Below are positions 27,246-35,402 of a DNA stretch of 64,000 nt, one piece after another; position 1 is the stretch's first letter; each line of letters opens with the position of its first letter. A model generated the notes under the pieces. That model did no database searches. It was given only the letters and a program-made list of their open reading frames with translations, and was not told the origin of the DNA. Source of the stretch: a virus (Duplodnaviria > Caudoviricetes); IMG/VR virus record IMGVR_UViG_3300021364_000005; one strand, 5' to 3'. The position numbers and the translations under genes are program-made.

Positions 27246-27488
27246 AAGAAAAAAGCTCGCACAGCGGCGAGCTTTTTAAATAAAAGGTGGGTGAAGGACT
27301 TGGGTATACCTCCAACTGCACGTCTAGATACCTGTCTATGTTACGTACAGAACCTTGCTCCGCTTAGTATTGCGATGTGCGTACTGCTTGTCTCCAAACT
27401 CTACGCCGGGCACTACCCCTAGCAAGTGCGCTTACCTTCTCTAGAAACAAAGTTATTAGCGCCAACCCATATAACAACGTCTTGTTAT
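27246..27488 (-). ncRNA. Candidate stand-alone structured ncRNA (about 240 nt)
   Basis: Sigma70-type promoter upstream (27495-27522). 5' hairpin AUAACAA-gacg-UUGUUAU at the predicted start. Stems GCACU/AGUGC and GCGUA/UACGC, the latter capped by GUUUG-GAGA-CAAGC (GNRA loop). Intrinsic terminator at 27250-27277. No credible ORF. Confidence 0.65.
27250..27277 (-). terminator. Intrinsic terminator (possibly bidirectional)
   Basis: AAAAAGCTCGC-6 nt loop-GCGAGCTTTTT, followed on the minus strand by a further U-run. Confidence 0.85.
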
Positions 27489-27494
27489 GTTATT

Positions 27495-27522
27495 AATATA
27501 ACACAACTAAAATAAAAGTCAA
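27495..27522 (-). promoter_or_regulatory. Sigma70-type (early) promoter for the candidate ncRNA
   Basis: TTGACT-16 nt-TATATT with a TGn extended -10. Confidence 0.6.
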
Positions 27523-27605
27523 CCTTTTTTTAATAAAAAGTTAATCTTTTTTTCACGATGTTGTTTGATTAGTTGCTTGAAGCACCAAAACGTGAATCTA
27601 TCCAT
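27519..27605 (-). CDS. Small basic ORF, 28 aa (MDRFTFWCFKQLIKQHREKKINFLLKKG)
   Basis: My translation; SD GAGGAG at a normal distance from the ATG; lies downstream of a late box and a structured leader. Confidence 0.5.
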   Translation of the reverse strand: MDRFTFWCFKQLIKQHREKKINFLLKKG

Positions 27606-27633
27606 AACACTTCTCCTCGTTAAAGGTTAAAGT

Positions 27634-27676
27634 GCGTTCCTTCGCCTTATGCTACTTCCGTCCCGTAGGATGAACG
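27634..27676 (-). promoter_or_regulatory. Compact three-way-junction-like leader RNA
   Basis: CGUUC-a-UCC(UACG)GGA-cGGAAGUAG-cauaagg-cGAAG-GAACG: closing stem CGUUC/GAACG, a cUACGg tetraloop hairpin and purine-rich junction strands. Confidence 0.55.
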
Positions 27677-27691
27677 TAATAATATTTAGTC

Positions 27692-27719
27692 AAAAAAATA
27701 GGCCCCGTAGGGCCTATTT
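27692..27719 (-). terminator. Intrinsic terminator after the major capsid gene
   Basis: AAATAGGCCC-TACG-GGGCCTATTT followed by a T-run. Confidence 0.9.
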
Positions 27720-27739
27720 CTATTCTGTTAAAGCTAAAC

Positions 27740-28906
27740 TTAGCTAAAGCTAACTGCACCGTTAGTAATAGCAACTTTACCTAAGTAATCAGCTGCGTTA
27801 CCAAGCGATGATGCTGTGTTTGATAGCTCGACATATCCGTAACGTGTCATGAAGCTCACGACTGGCTCGAATGTGCCTGGATCAAGTACAACACCTGAAC
27901 TCATTAGCGGGATGTATGGGCAATAGAACGCTGGTGCGTCTGACTCGCTTGATCCTTTGTAACCAATAAGTACAGCTTCGCTGTCTGCTGCATATGAATC
28001 TACATATACACGCATTGCATTGTTTAGTGTACCAACCATTTTTGTGTTAGTTGGTGCTTCAAATGTTCCCTCAGTTGTACGTGCAAACGCTGAAGTTGTT
28101 GCAGACTGTAGGATTGTTAGTGCAAATGGGCTAACAACCGCATAGTTACCTGCGCCTCTACGTGTACGCTGAGCGATCAAGTTTGCAACTCTGTTGACTT
28201 GTACTGCTAGTGCAGCGTGTTCGTCACCAACGAATGTTGCAGTACCTGAAACTGCTGACTGATCATATGTTTCAGATGCTGTTCCAGCTAGTGAACGTAG
28301 TGAAGCAAGAACTTCTTGGTCGATCTCAGCAGTAATTTCCTGCGCAAGAGCTGCCATGATTTCAGCTTCAATATCGATACCATGCTGTGACTGTGCATCC
28401 TGAGCTGCCTCAAAGGTCCAACGTGCTGATAGCTTACGTGTTTTAGCTTCAACAGTTTGCTTTAAGATCTGAATGCTTAGTCTGTTACCAGCTACACCTT
28501 CTAGCGATCCTGTTGTGCTTGGAGCAGCAGAGGAGCTTGGTGCACCTGAATATGATTCAGCGATTTTGAACGGTGATAGAGCCTCTTCACCTGCTGTTGC
28601 GCCGTTGTTTCCATCAGCGTAACGAACACGTAAAGTGTGGATCTGACCAACTGGTCCTGTCATCGGCTGCACACCAACTAGTTCATTTGCAATGACTGTT
28701 GGCATAACACGTCTGATGACTGGTAAAATAACTCTGTTTAGAGTTGCGACATTACCGGCAGAAGTAGCACCAGCTGTAGCAGATTCTGAAAGATACTTGC
28801 GAGTATTTTCTAGTGTTGATTCCATTACAGCTTTCTTGTTGCCTTGTAGGCCTTCGACAAGAGCGGCTTTTGTTTCCTGCCAGCGACTTTCTAGTAGTTC
28901 TGACAT
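27740..28906 (-). CDS. gp23: Major capsid protein, T4 gp23-like (388 aa)
   Basis: LPVIRRVMPTVIANELVGVQPMTGPVGQIHTLRVRY, VEAKTRKLSARWTFEAAQD, EITAEIDQE, FYCPYIPL and FMTRYG are hallmark gp23 motifs. Confidence 0.97.
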   Translation of the reverse strand: MSELLESRWQETKAALVEGLQGNKKAVMESTLENTRKYLSESATAGATSAGNVATLNRVILPVIRRVMPTVIANELVGVQPMTGPVGQIHTLRVRYADGNNGATAGEEALSPFKIAESYSGAPSSSAAPSTTGSLEGVAGNRLSIQILKQTVEAKTRKLSARWTFEAAQDAQSQHGIDIEAEIMAALAQEITAEIDQEVLASLRSLAGTASETYDQSAVSGTATFVGDEHAALAVQVNRVANLIAQRTRRGAGNYAVVSPFALTILQSATTSAFARTTEGTFEAPTNTKMVGTLNNAMRVYVDSYAADSEAVLIGYKGSSESDAPAFYCPYIPLMSSGVVLDPGTFEPVVSFMTRYGYVELSNTASSLGNAADYLGKVAITNGAVSFS

Positions 28907-28916
28907 TATAATCTCC

Positions 28917-30011
28917 TTAATTAATTCCAGCTAGACGTTTAATGTCCACGACATTATTATCGTCTGCCTTACTACTAACGTTAGTATTTTCTCTGTTGCC
29001 TGTTACTTCTTTGCCTTCTGTTAATGGTGCCTTCTGCTTTGCTGGAGTTTTACCGTCGATAACTGCCGGTAGGTACTTATCAAACGATTCACGAAGTTTC
29101 TTCGTTTGAACACTTTCCAGTAAGTCTGTCATGATTTCGCGCTGGTCTTTTCCTAATGGACCTACCAACTCGTTCATAATTTTGTTGCGTTCTGCTGATT
29201 CAATTAGTTGCATTTTTTCTGCTTCTTTTGATTCAGCTAGTGCTTTTGCTTCATCAGCTGCTGCTTTTGCTTCTGCAAGTTGTTGATCTTTAACATCTAC
29301 AACTTTTAGTAGTTTAGCAGTTTCACTCTTTTCGTTAAGATAAGAGTTTGTATATTCTGAAGCAAACGCTTCGAATAACTTACGACCGAAGTCGTTTTGA
29401 CGTGCAGTGTCAATGTCTTCTTTAAGAGCTGTAATTTCATTTTTCAATGTGTTTTGTACAGTTTCAGAAACCATTTTTGCACTGCGTTCAATGAACTTAG
29501 CTTTTACTTTGTTAATATGCTCTTTACCTTCGCGGATTAGGCGTACCTTAGTTTCGGCTAAATCTTTTTTGTCGATATCAAATTCTGCAATTTCTTTAGC
29601 TAGAGCCTCTACAACAAATTCTTCTAGTTTGGCAAAGTTTTCCGCCATTCTAACTTGATCTTCGTGTAGTTCGTTAATTTCTTTACCTAGCTGCTCCATT
29701 ACAAAACCTTTAAGTAGATCTGCATTTTCACGCTGAGCAACAGCATATTTTGCTTTTGCTTCAGCTAATTGTGCGCGATCTTCTACAAATTCTGCAACTT
29801 CTGCTGTTAGTTTTTCAGAAACCATTGCATCGATTGCTTCAACCATAGTTGCCTTGTCATGCTCGTATTTTTGAGCAAATTCCTCACGGAGTTCGGCAGT
29901 TACAGCTAAACGATTCTCTTGAATCTTAGCATTCCATGCTTCTTCGATTTGAGCTCTGATGTCTTCGGAAACTACGTCATTTTCAAATAGTGTCTTCAGT
30001 GCATCTATCAT
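28917..30011 (-). CDS. gp22: Prohead core scaffolding protein, gp22-like
   Basis: Long coiled coil between gp21 and gp23 (FGRKLFEAFASEY). Start moved to ATG 30011, which follows SD AGGAG; the track start at 30029 is a GTG upstream of the SD. Confidence 0.85.
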   Translation of the reverse strand: MIDALKTLFENDVVSEDIRAQIEEAWNAKIQENRLAVTAELREEFAQKYEHDKATMVEAIDAMVSEKLTAEVAEFVEDRAQLAEAKAKYAVAQRENADLLKGFVMEQLGKEINELHEDQVRMAENFAKLEEFVVEALAKEIAEFDIDKKDLAETKVRLIREGKEHINKVKAKFIERSAKMVSETVQNTLKNEITALKEDIDTARQNDFGRKLFEAFASEYTNSYLNEKSETAKLLKVVDVKDQQLAEAKAAADEAKALAESKEAEKMQLIESAERNKIMNELVGPLGKDQREIMTDLLESVQTKKLRESFDKYLPAVIDGKTPAKQKAPLTEGKEVTGNRENTNVSSKADDNNVVDIKRLAGIN

Positions 30012-30025
30012 TACATTCTCCTTGT

Positions 30026-30649
30026 TCACTGGAGTTTGTTGATTATGTTAATCAACGATTCTTTTAAGTATTTTTGTGCCTTGTCATCATGTTTTGTTGC
30101 CTGAGCTAATTCGTATGCCTTATATCCGCCACGAGCATTCATTAAATGTTCGTAGATTGGTGTTGGGTATGCACCAGGGGCGCTTGGTTGTGCCACAACG
30201 TCCACAGTGATTATTTCAAAGTCCGATACTTCACCGGACCCATCTTCTCTTACGTTACCAGATCCCCTAGAGGAGACACCTAGTTTAACTCCGCTTTCAA
30301 GCATTGTTTTAACTAACTGTCCCATAGGGGTTGGTAGAATTTTTAACTTGCCGTATCCGTTAGCATCGTCCATCCAAGTTTCAGATATCATATGACTAAC
30401 ACGATCTAAGTTAATATTAAGTCCTTCAGGATGATCAACTTCTCCGAGAACACTATATCCTCCATTAATTTGATCATTGAGAGTTTTGACAGCCCTGCCA
30501 ATTTCATTTACAGGATATACACGCTGGTTAGCATTACGTATACCACCTTGAATGATAATGCCCTTCATATAAAGGTCTTTACCTTCATTAGCAGACTCTA
30601 CAACCATCTTAGCCTGGTCGAATGTCAAGTTCTCTCGTAAGTTTTTCAT
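30026..30649 (-). CDS. gp21: Prohead protease, gp21-like
   Basis: GIIIQGGIRNANQRVYP, GEVDHP (catalytic His), GVSSRGSG (catalytic Ser), DVVAQPSAPGAY. Confidence 0.95.
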   Translation of the reverse strand: MKNLRENLTFDQAKMVVESANEGKDLYMKGIIIQGGIRNANQRVYPVNEIGRAVKTLNDQINGGYSVLGEVDHPEGLNINLDRVSHMISETWMDDANGYGKLKILPTPMGQLVKTMLESGVKLGVSSRGSGNVREDGSGEVSDFEIITVDVVAQPSAPGAYPTPIYEHLMNARGGYKAYELAQATKHDDKAQKYLKESLINIINKLQ

Positions 30650-30659
30650 ACCCTAGTCC

Positions 30660-31649
30660 TTACTTTGCTCTACGGCTGTCACCGTTGAGTGGGCTGTCTG
30701 CATCAGCTTTTGATGGAGCAGCACCTTTTTTCTCAGCACCGTGTCCTGGCTCAGTTTTACCAGCTTTTGCTGCTTTACCGCCTGGAACATTAACGTTACC
30801 TGCTGTTTCGTCTTTTGCGTTTAGATCACCTAAGCCTGCGTGGTCGCCTGCTTCGTTGTCTTTACCTTGTGCAATGTTTGCTGTAGTTCCGCCCATATCG
30901 TTTTTGCCTGCAACTACTGATTTTGAGTTTGCACCGTTGTCTCCCATTTTACCAAATCCTGGATACTGGTCGCCACCGATTTTTTCTACATACTCACGCA
31001 TTTCTTCAGCTGCTGACTTTGGCTGCTTTGATTCTTCGACTTCATCTTCTTCGTCTTCATCTTTGTCAGCTTCAAACGCATATGCTTCTTCTTCAGGCTT
31101 GTCCATGTCCATGTCCATGTCCATATCGCCTTCGTCGTCACCTTCGTCGTCGTCACCTTTGTCGTCGCCCATCATAGCTGCAAACTCATCTTTAAGCGCA
31201 TCAAGTGCTGCTTCAAGATCGTCAAGTGCTGCTTCTGCGCCTTCAGGGGCATCGCCTTCATCACCTGGTTCTTCATCACCCATATCGCCAAGCTCTTTTT
31301 CTAGCTCATCGGTTGGATCTGCTTCCATTGCTACTGGCTCATCCATAAACTCGTCTAGATCTTCGTCTGACTCATCTACTTCTTCGTCTGTTGCTTCATC
31401 AAGGTCTTCGTCTGACTCGTCTACTTCTTCGTCAGCTGCTTCGTCTAGATCTTCATCTGACTCATCAACTTCTTCTTCTGACTCATCTACTTCTTCGTCA
31501 GTTGTTTCTTCAACTTCTTCGTCCTCTAAAAGACCTTCGTAAATTTCTCTTGATTTTTCTACCACAATCTCGTGGAATAGTTCTTCAGCACCTTCTTTAT
31601 CTTCGTTGATTAGGCGCTCAAGCATTTCTTCAAATTTGTTTGTTGACAT
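30660..31649 (-). CDS. Highly acidic prohead core/internal protein (gp67/gp68-like position)
   Basis: D/E-rich with DEEVDESDEDLDE repeats; sits directly upstream of gp21, as the T4 core genes do. Confidence 0.7.
   Translation of the reverse strand: MSTNKFEEMLERLINEDKEGAEELFHEIVVEKSREIYEGLLEDEEVEETTDEEVDESEEEVDESDEDLDEAADEEVDESDEDLDEATDEEVDESDEDLDEFMDEPVAMEADPTDELEKELGDMGDEEPGDEGDAPEGAEAALDDLEAALDALKDEFAAMMGDDKGDDDEGDDEGDMDMDMDMDKPEEEAYAFEADKDEDEEDEVEESKQPKSAAEEMREYVEKIGGDQYPGFGKMGDNGANSKSVVAGKNDMGGTTANIAQGKDNEAGDHAGLGDLNAKDETAGNVNVPGGKAAKAGKTEPGHGAEKKGAAPSKADADSPLNGDSRRAK
31349..31520 (-). repeat. Coding tandem repeat (DEEVDESDEDLDE x3) in the acidic core protein
   Basis: Visible 45-nt periodicity. 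A separate GACATG hexamer run (DMDMDMDMD) lies at about 31100-31127. Confidence 0.85.
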
Positions 31650-31780
31650 TGCTTTCTCCTATAAATGTATTATCCTATGGCTAGGCTGTCAATAGTATTT
31701 AACATTATGAGGGAAATATGCGTAGAAATAGGCTCAAAACGAGCCATTTTGCTTAATCTAAAGGTATTTACCATATAGAT

Positions 31781-32839
31781 TTAATCATTATACACTAGTT
31801 TTTTATGAAAAAAGTCATTTATTCTTTGTTGCTCTACACCTTTTGAGCATGATTGTAAGCAACGATAGCATACATTTTCTTTACTTGTAAAACTTTTTGG
31901 CAAATAATTTACAAAAAAATCATGTTCTAATAAGTTTTTAAAATTATTTGTTTGCAGATCATTAAAATTCTTTCCGTAAAGTTTTTCTATATTTTTCCAC
32001 CATTCTAAAAAATTAGATCTCTTTGCAACATAATGGGAATGAAAATAACAACAAGGCCATAATTTTCCTACTTCGTCGATATACAAATACCCGTCTGCTA
32101 CAGTTCTACAATTGATTTCTTGTAAAGCATATGTTTGTTTTTGATATTGATTTATTTTTGTTTTATCTGCTGTAGTAGCAGGAGCAAGATTTACAATGTT
32201 TTTTGATTTATTAATTTTATTTTTATATGCTGTTGGAAGAACTTTTACATCTGGTAATACCCATCTTGTACTCGCTATACTTTCAAATTTTTTAAATCCT
32301 AAACTATTAGCTAATATTTCAGCTTCCTTAACTTGATGTTCATTGTGTTTAAATTTAATAAATTTCCAAGTTGCAAAACCTCCAGCTTTTATAAAAACTT
32401 TTGCATTACTTATAATTTTATCATAATCTGTGTTTATCCTATATAAATGATTTGTGTCATCTAACCCATCTATACTAAATGTTACATTTATGTTTTTGTG
32501 TTTTCCTATGTTGTGCCAAAATTCATAATTTTTTGCACTACCGTTTGTGTGTATGTTTACTTCTTTGTATTTTTTTGCTGCAAATATAATAATTCTTTCT
32601 GCATCAGGATGAGCAATTATATCTCCTACAGTGCCGCAAAAATCTGCACTAATATGTGTTGTATGATTTAATAATTGTTCGCTTATAGATACAAATTTTT
32701 CGTAACTTAGATTTTTTAATTCTATATTGTCACTAAGTTTACTTGTGCCATAATTATGTCTGGCACACAGCGGACAACCTGCATTACAATAGCTAGTTAT
32801 TCCAAACTCAATCTGTGTTATATTGTCTAATGAAATCAT
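31781..32839 (-). CDS. Radical SAM enzyme with C-terminal SPASM/Twitch-like Cys cluster
   Basis: CNAGCPLC (CxxxCxxC), CGTVGD and HTNG motifs; C-terminal INC...LYID..GKLWPCCYF...CYRCLQSC. Confidence 0.9.
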   Translation of the reverse strand: MISLDNITQIEFGITSYCNAGCPLCARHNYGTSKLSDNIELKNLSYEKFVSISEQLLNHTTHISADFCGTVGDIIAHPDAERIIIFAAKKYKEVNIHTNGSAKNYEFWHNIGKHKNINVTFSIDGLDDTNHLYRINTDYDKIISNAKVFIKAGGFATWKFIKFKHNEHQVKEAEILANSLGFKKFESIASTRWVLPDVKVLPTAYKNKINKSKNIVNLAPATTADKTKINQYQKQTYALQEINCRTVADGYLYIDEVGKLWPCCYFHSHYVAKRSNFLEWWKNIEKLYGKNFNDLQTNNFKNLLEHDFFVNYLPKSFTSKENVCYRCLQSCSKGVEQQRINDFFHKKLVYND

Positions 32840-33386
32840 TTATATCTACAGTGCTATAATTACTATTATTTAATTCGGGCGGATGAAACGAGTTTTCATG
32901 CACAACTCTTACATATTGTATATTAGAATTTTCATTAATTACAACTCTTGTTTGCCGTAGCCAGTTTCCATAGTACGTTGCGGATGCATCGGGAGGTTTA
33001 TAATTTTTTGTTCCTGCAAATATGTTGTTTATTTTATTGTTTATTCCTTGATAGTCAAAACCTAAAATATATATTTTTTCGTGTTTATGTTGACTTGCAA
33101 GCCATAAAGATGTAGGCCCACTTGACCAACCTTTGCTAGGTTCAAAATAATTTAATTTTTTAAATTCGCTGTATCTTTTATTGTAATTTGTATAGACTTT
33201 GTTTTCAAGATGAAATCCGTTGTTACAAATTTCTAAAACCATTTTAGGATCTACAGCAACTAGATAATGCGGTTTAAACGATCTGTACACAGCATTGCAA
33301 GCGTATACTGTGCCTATTTGTTTTAGTTTTTCAAGATCAATAGGAGTACGACTCGTACCGTTTCCTACCACGAAACCTATGCTCAT
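32808..33386 (-). CDS. DUF115/Maf/Cst-II-like nucleotide-binding (glycosyltransferase-like) protein
   Basis: FVVGNGTS, YACNAVYR, LVAVD, SSGPTSLWLA and IYILGFDY match the motif order of that fold family. Confidence 0.65.
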   Translation of the reverse strand: MSIGFVVGNGTSRTPIDLEKLKQIGTVYACNAVYRSFKPHYLVAVDPKMVLEICNNGFHLENKVYTNYNKRYSEFKKLNYFEPSKGWSSGPTSLWLASQHKHEKIYILGFDYQGINNKINNIFAGTKNYKPPDASATYYGNWLRQTRVVINENSNIQYVRVVHENSFHPPELNNSNYSTVDINDFIRQYNTD

Positions 33387-33405
33387 ATTGTAATTATTTT
33401 TTTAT

Positions 33406-33651
33406 TTAAACAGCAGCTTCAGCATTGGCACTAATGCCATACATCTGTCTTACAAAATCAAGTTCTTTTGATTTTTCTTCGTTATGGAATTCGCTTGCTT
33501 TGCGAATTTTGTTTATTTGTTTTAATGAAAGTCTTGTTTTACGTGAATCGTCATAATCAAGAGATGTTTCATCGTCTTTGAGATCGACGCTTTTGTCCTC
33601 AATTGGCTCTAATGTTTCTTTATCAAAGTAATATAGTTCACGTAGTATCAT
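33406..33651 (-). CDS. 81-aa hypothetical late protein
   Basis: Follows the portal; a perfect TATAAATA (33657-33664) lies 5 nt before its ATG. Confidence 0.75.
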   Translation of the reverse strand: MILRELYYFDKETLEPIEDKSVDLKDDETSLDYDDSRKTRLSLKQINKIRKASEFHNEEKSKELDFVRQMYGISANAEAAV

Positions 33652-33659
33652 ATAGTTAT

Positions 33660-35402
33660 TTATACCGTTTGGTCAGTTGTTTCGGGTGCAGGTGTAGCTT
33701 CGCCGCCAGTTACAGTTTCAGGAGCAGCTCCTTCTCCGCCGTCCATGCCGCCTTCTGCATCTGGAATTTCTTCTTCGCCGGCGCCTATATCTGCACCTAT
33801 ACCTGCGCTGCTTATTCCAGCACCGCGCATTTCACCAGCTGCATCTGTTTCTGGTAACTCTAGATTTTCATCGTTTTCTTCACGCCACAAACGTTCGTTT
33901 TCGGCTATTTCTTGATCTGTCATTCCTAAGAATCGTTTCATTGCAAAACGATTTGATATAAATGGAATAGCACTCATTGTTTGGAATGTTGGTATACGTG
34001 CATTATCTACTTCACTTTGTCTATATGCTGCAAAGTTTTGTGGAGGCTGGAATTTTAAATCAAACATTGCTGTATCAATGTTTGCACCTTTTTCTAGTAG
34101 ATAACGTTTAAATTCTTGATTGAATTCTTCTGCAACTAGTCCTTGAAGTCTTTTACAGTATTCATTAAATCTAAGTTCCTGTATGTAAGCTGTGCCGACT
34201 CGTCCGTCATTATACTGCGAATTTGCATCGTCAGCGCCTGTAGGCAAGTAACTACTAGGAATTCGTAAACCACGTACGAGCTTATTAGTAAAATATCTAA
34301 GATCATCAATTTCGCCAAGATTTGTTCCTCCAGGTAATGTTTCTACTTTTGAGCCGCGGCCTTCAGCTGTTTGTGGGAAAAAGTAATCTTCGTTGATTGA
34401 TAGCGGATTATAACTTGAGTCTATGACATTAGTGCCGCCGCCTGTCTTGGATGGGATTCGTCTTTGATGTATTTCCGTTTTTACACGCTCCACAAATTGC
34501 ATAGCAAGGTGTGAAGGCATATTGCCCACATCAACGTAGAATACTCTTCTTTCTGGTGCTCTTTGAACACGGTAGATAATTATTGCATCTTCAAGCAATT
34601 CTTTTTGTTTGAATACTTTAAATATCGTTTCTAATAGAGAATTACCAAAAGGAAAATTGTTATCTAGTCCTTCTGATAAACTTAAATGTATTACGTGTTC
34701 TGCATTTACTGCTATTTCTCCATCAGCTTCGTGGAACCTACTTCCTGCCTGCTTAGGATAATTGCCTACCATTCCTCTAACACCGCCTTGAATATAACCG
34801 TCGCCGCCGCCAGTTACATTTCCATTTGTTTGGAATGGTGTTGTAGCAACCATATCCTTAAAGTTGATGTTAAAGTCTTTAATTATATATTGTTCAGGTC
34901 GTTTGCCTTCTGACTCATTAACAACAATACGTAAAACATTTGCAGGGTCAACATAAAACCACTTTTTTGTTTCCGGATCTCTAATAAAAAATGCATCGCC
35001 ATATTTAAAAATGTTACGCATAATACGGAACAGTCTTGTTTCAAAACTTTGTAGTTTGTTCCACTGTTTTAGATACTGTTCTAAAATTGTAATTTCTGTA
35101 TTTGTTGCTTTTGTATTAAAATTTAGTTGAAAACTTAAATTTGTTTCTCCGTGTTTTTGACTACAAAATTCAGCTAAAATGTCTAATGCTGCATTTACTT
35201 CTGAATCTAAATCCATAGTATTATACTGTCCGTATCTTTCAACACGGTTAGGTGATCCAGTGTATACATCTGGCAAATACGAAGAATAATTTGATCTTGC
35301 TGGTCCTGGTTGGCTGCCATTGCGAGGACTACCTAACGGACCATAAGATCCATCGCCGCCATTTCCTGTTGGTACTGGAGTAAAATATTTCTTCCAACTC
35401 AT
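33660..35402 (-). CDS. gp20: Portal protein, gp20-like (580 aa)
   Basis: LLEDAIIIYRVQRAPERRVFYVDVGNMP, EDYFFP...GRGSKVETLPGG and YFTNKLVRGLRIPSS. Confidence 0.97.
   Translation of the reverse strand: MSWKKYFTPVPTGNGGDGSYGPLGSPRNGSQPGPARSNYSSYLPDVYTGSPNRVERYGQYNTMDLDSEVNAALDILAEFCSQKHGETNLSFQLNFNTKATNTEITILEQYLKQWNKLQSFETRLFRIMRNIFKYGDAFFIRDPETKKWFYVDPANVLRIVVNESEGKRPEQYIIKDFNINFKDMVATTPFQTNGNVTGGGDGYIQGGVRGMVGNYPKQAGSRFHEADGEIAVNAEHVIHLSLSEGLDNNFPFGNSLLETIFKVFKQKELLEDAIIIYRVQRAPERRVFYVDVGNMPSHLAMQFVERVKTEIHQRRIPSKTGGGTNVIDSSYNPLSINEDYFFPQTAEGRGSKVETLPGGTNLGEIDDLRYFTNKLVRGLRIPSSYLPTGADDANSQYNDGRVGTAYIQELRFNEYCKRLQGLVAEEFNQEFKRYLLEKGANIDTAMFDLKFQPPQNFAAYRQSEVDNARIPTFQTMSAIPFISNRFAMKRFLGMTDQEIAENERLWREENDENLELPETDAAGEMRGAGISSAGIGADIGAGEEEIPDAEGGMDGGEGAAPETVTGGEATPAPETTDQTV

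Noticed and set aside
27280-27370. RNase P-like words (GAGG...AAGUCC on minus; ACAGAACC...CGCUUA on plus) and a tRNA/tmRNA-like 3' end
   Set aside because: The motifs are on opposite strands or in the wrong order; there is no T-loop GUUCRA and no CCA acceptor stem.
31664-31692. TTGACA-17-TACATT upstream of the acidic core gene
   Set aside because: The start would fall within the SD, and two TAAATA late boxes just upstream explain expression better.
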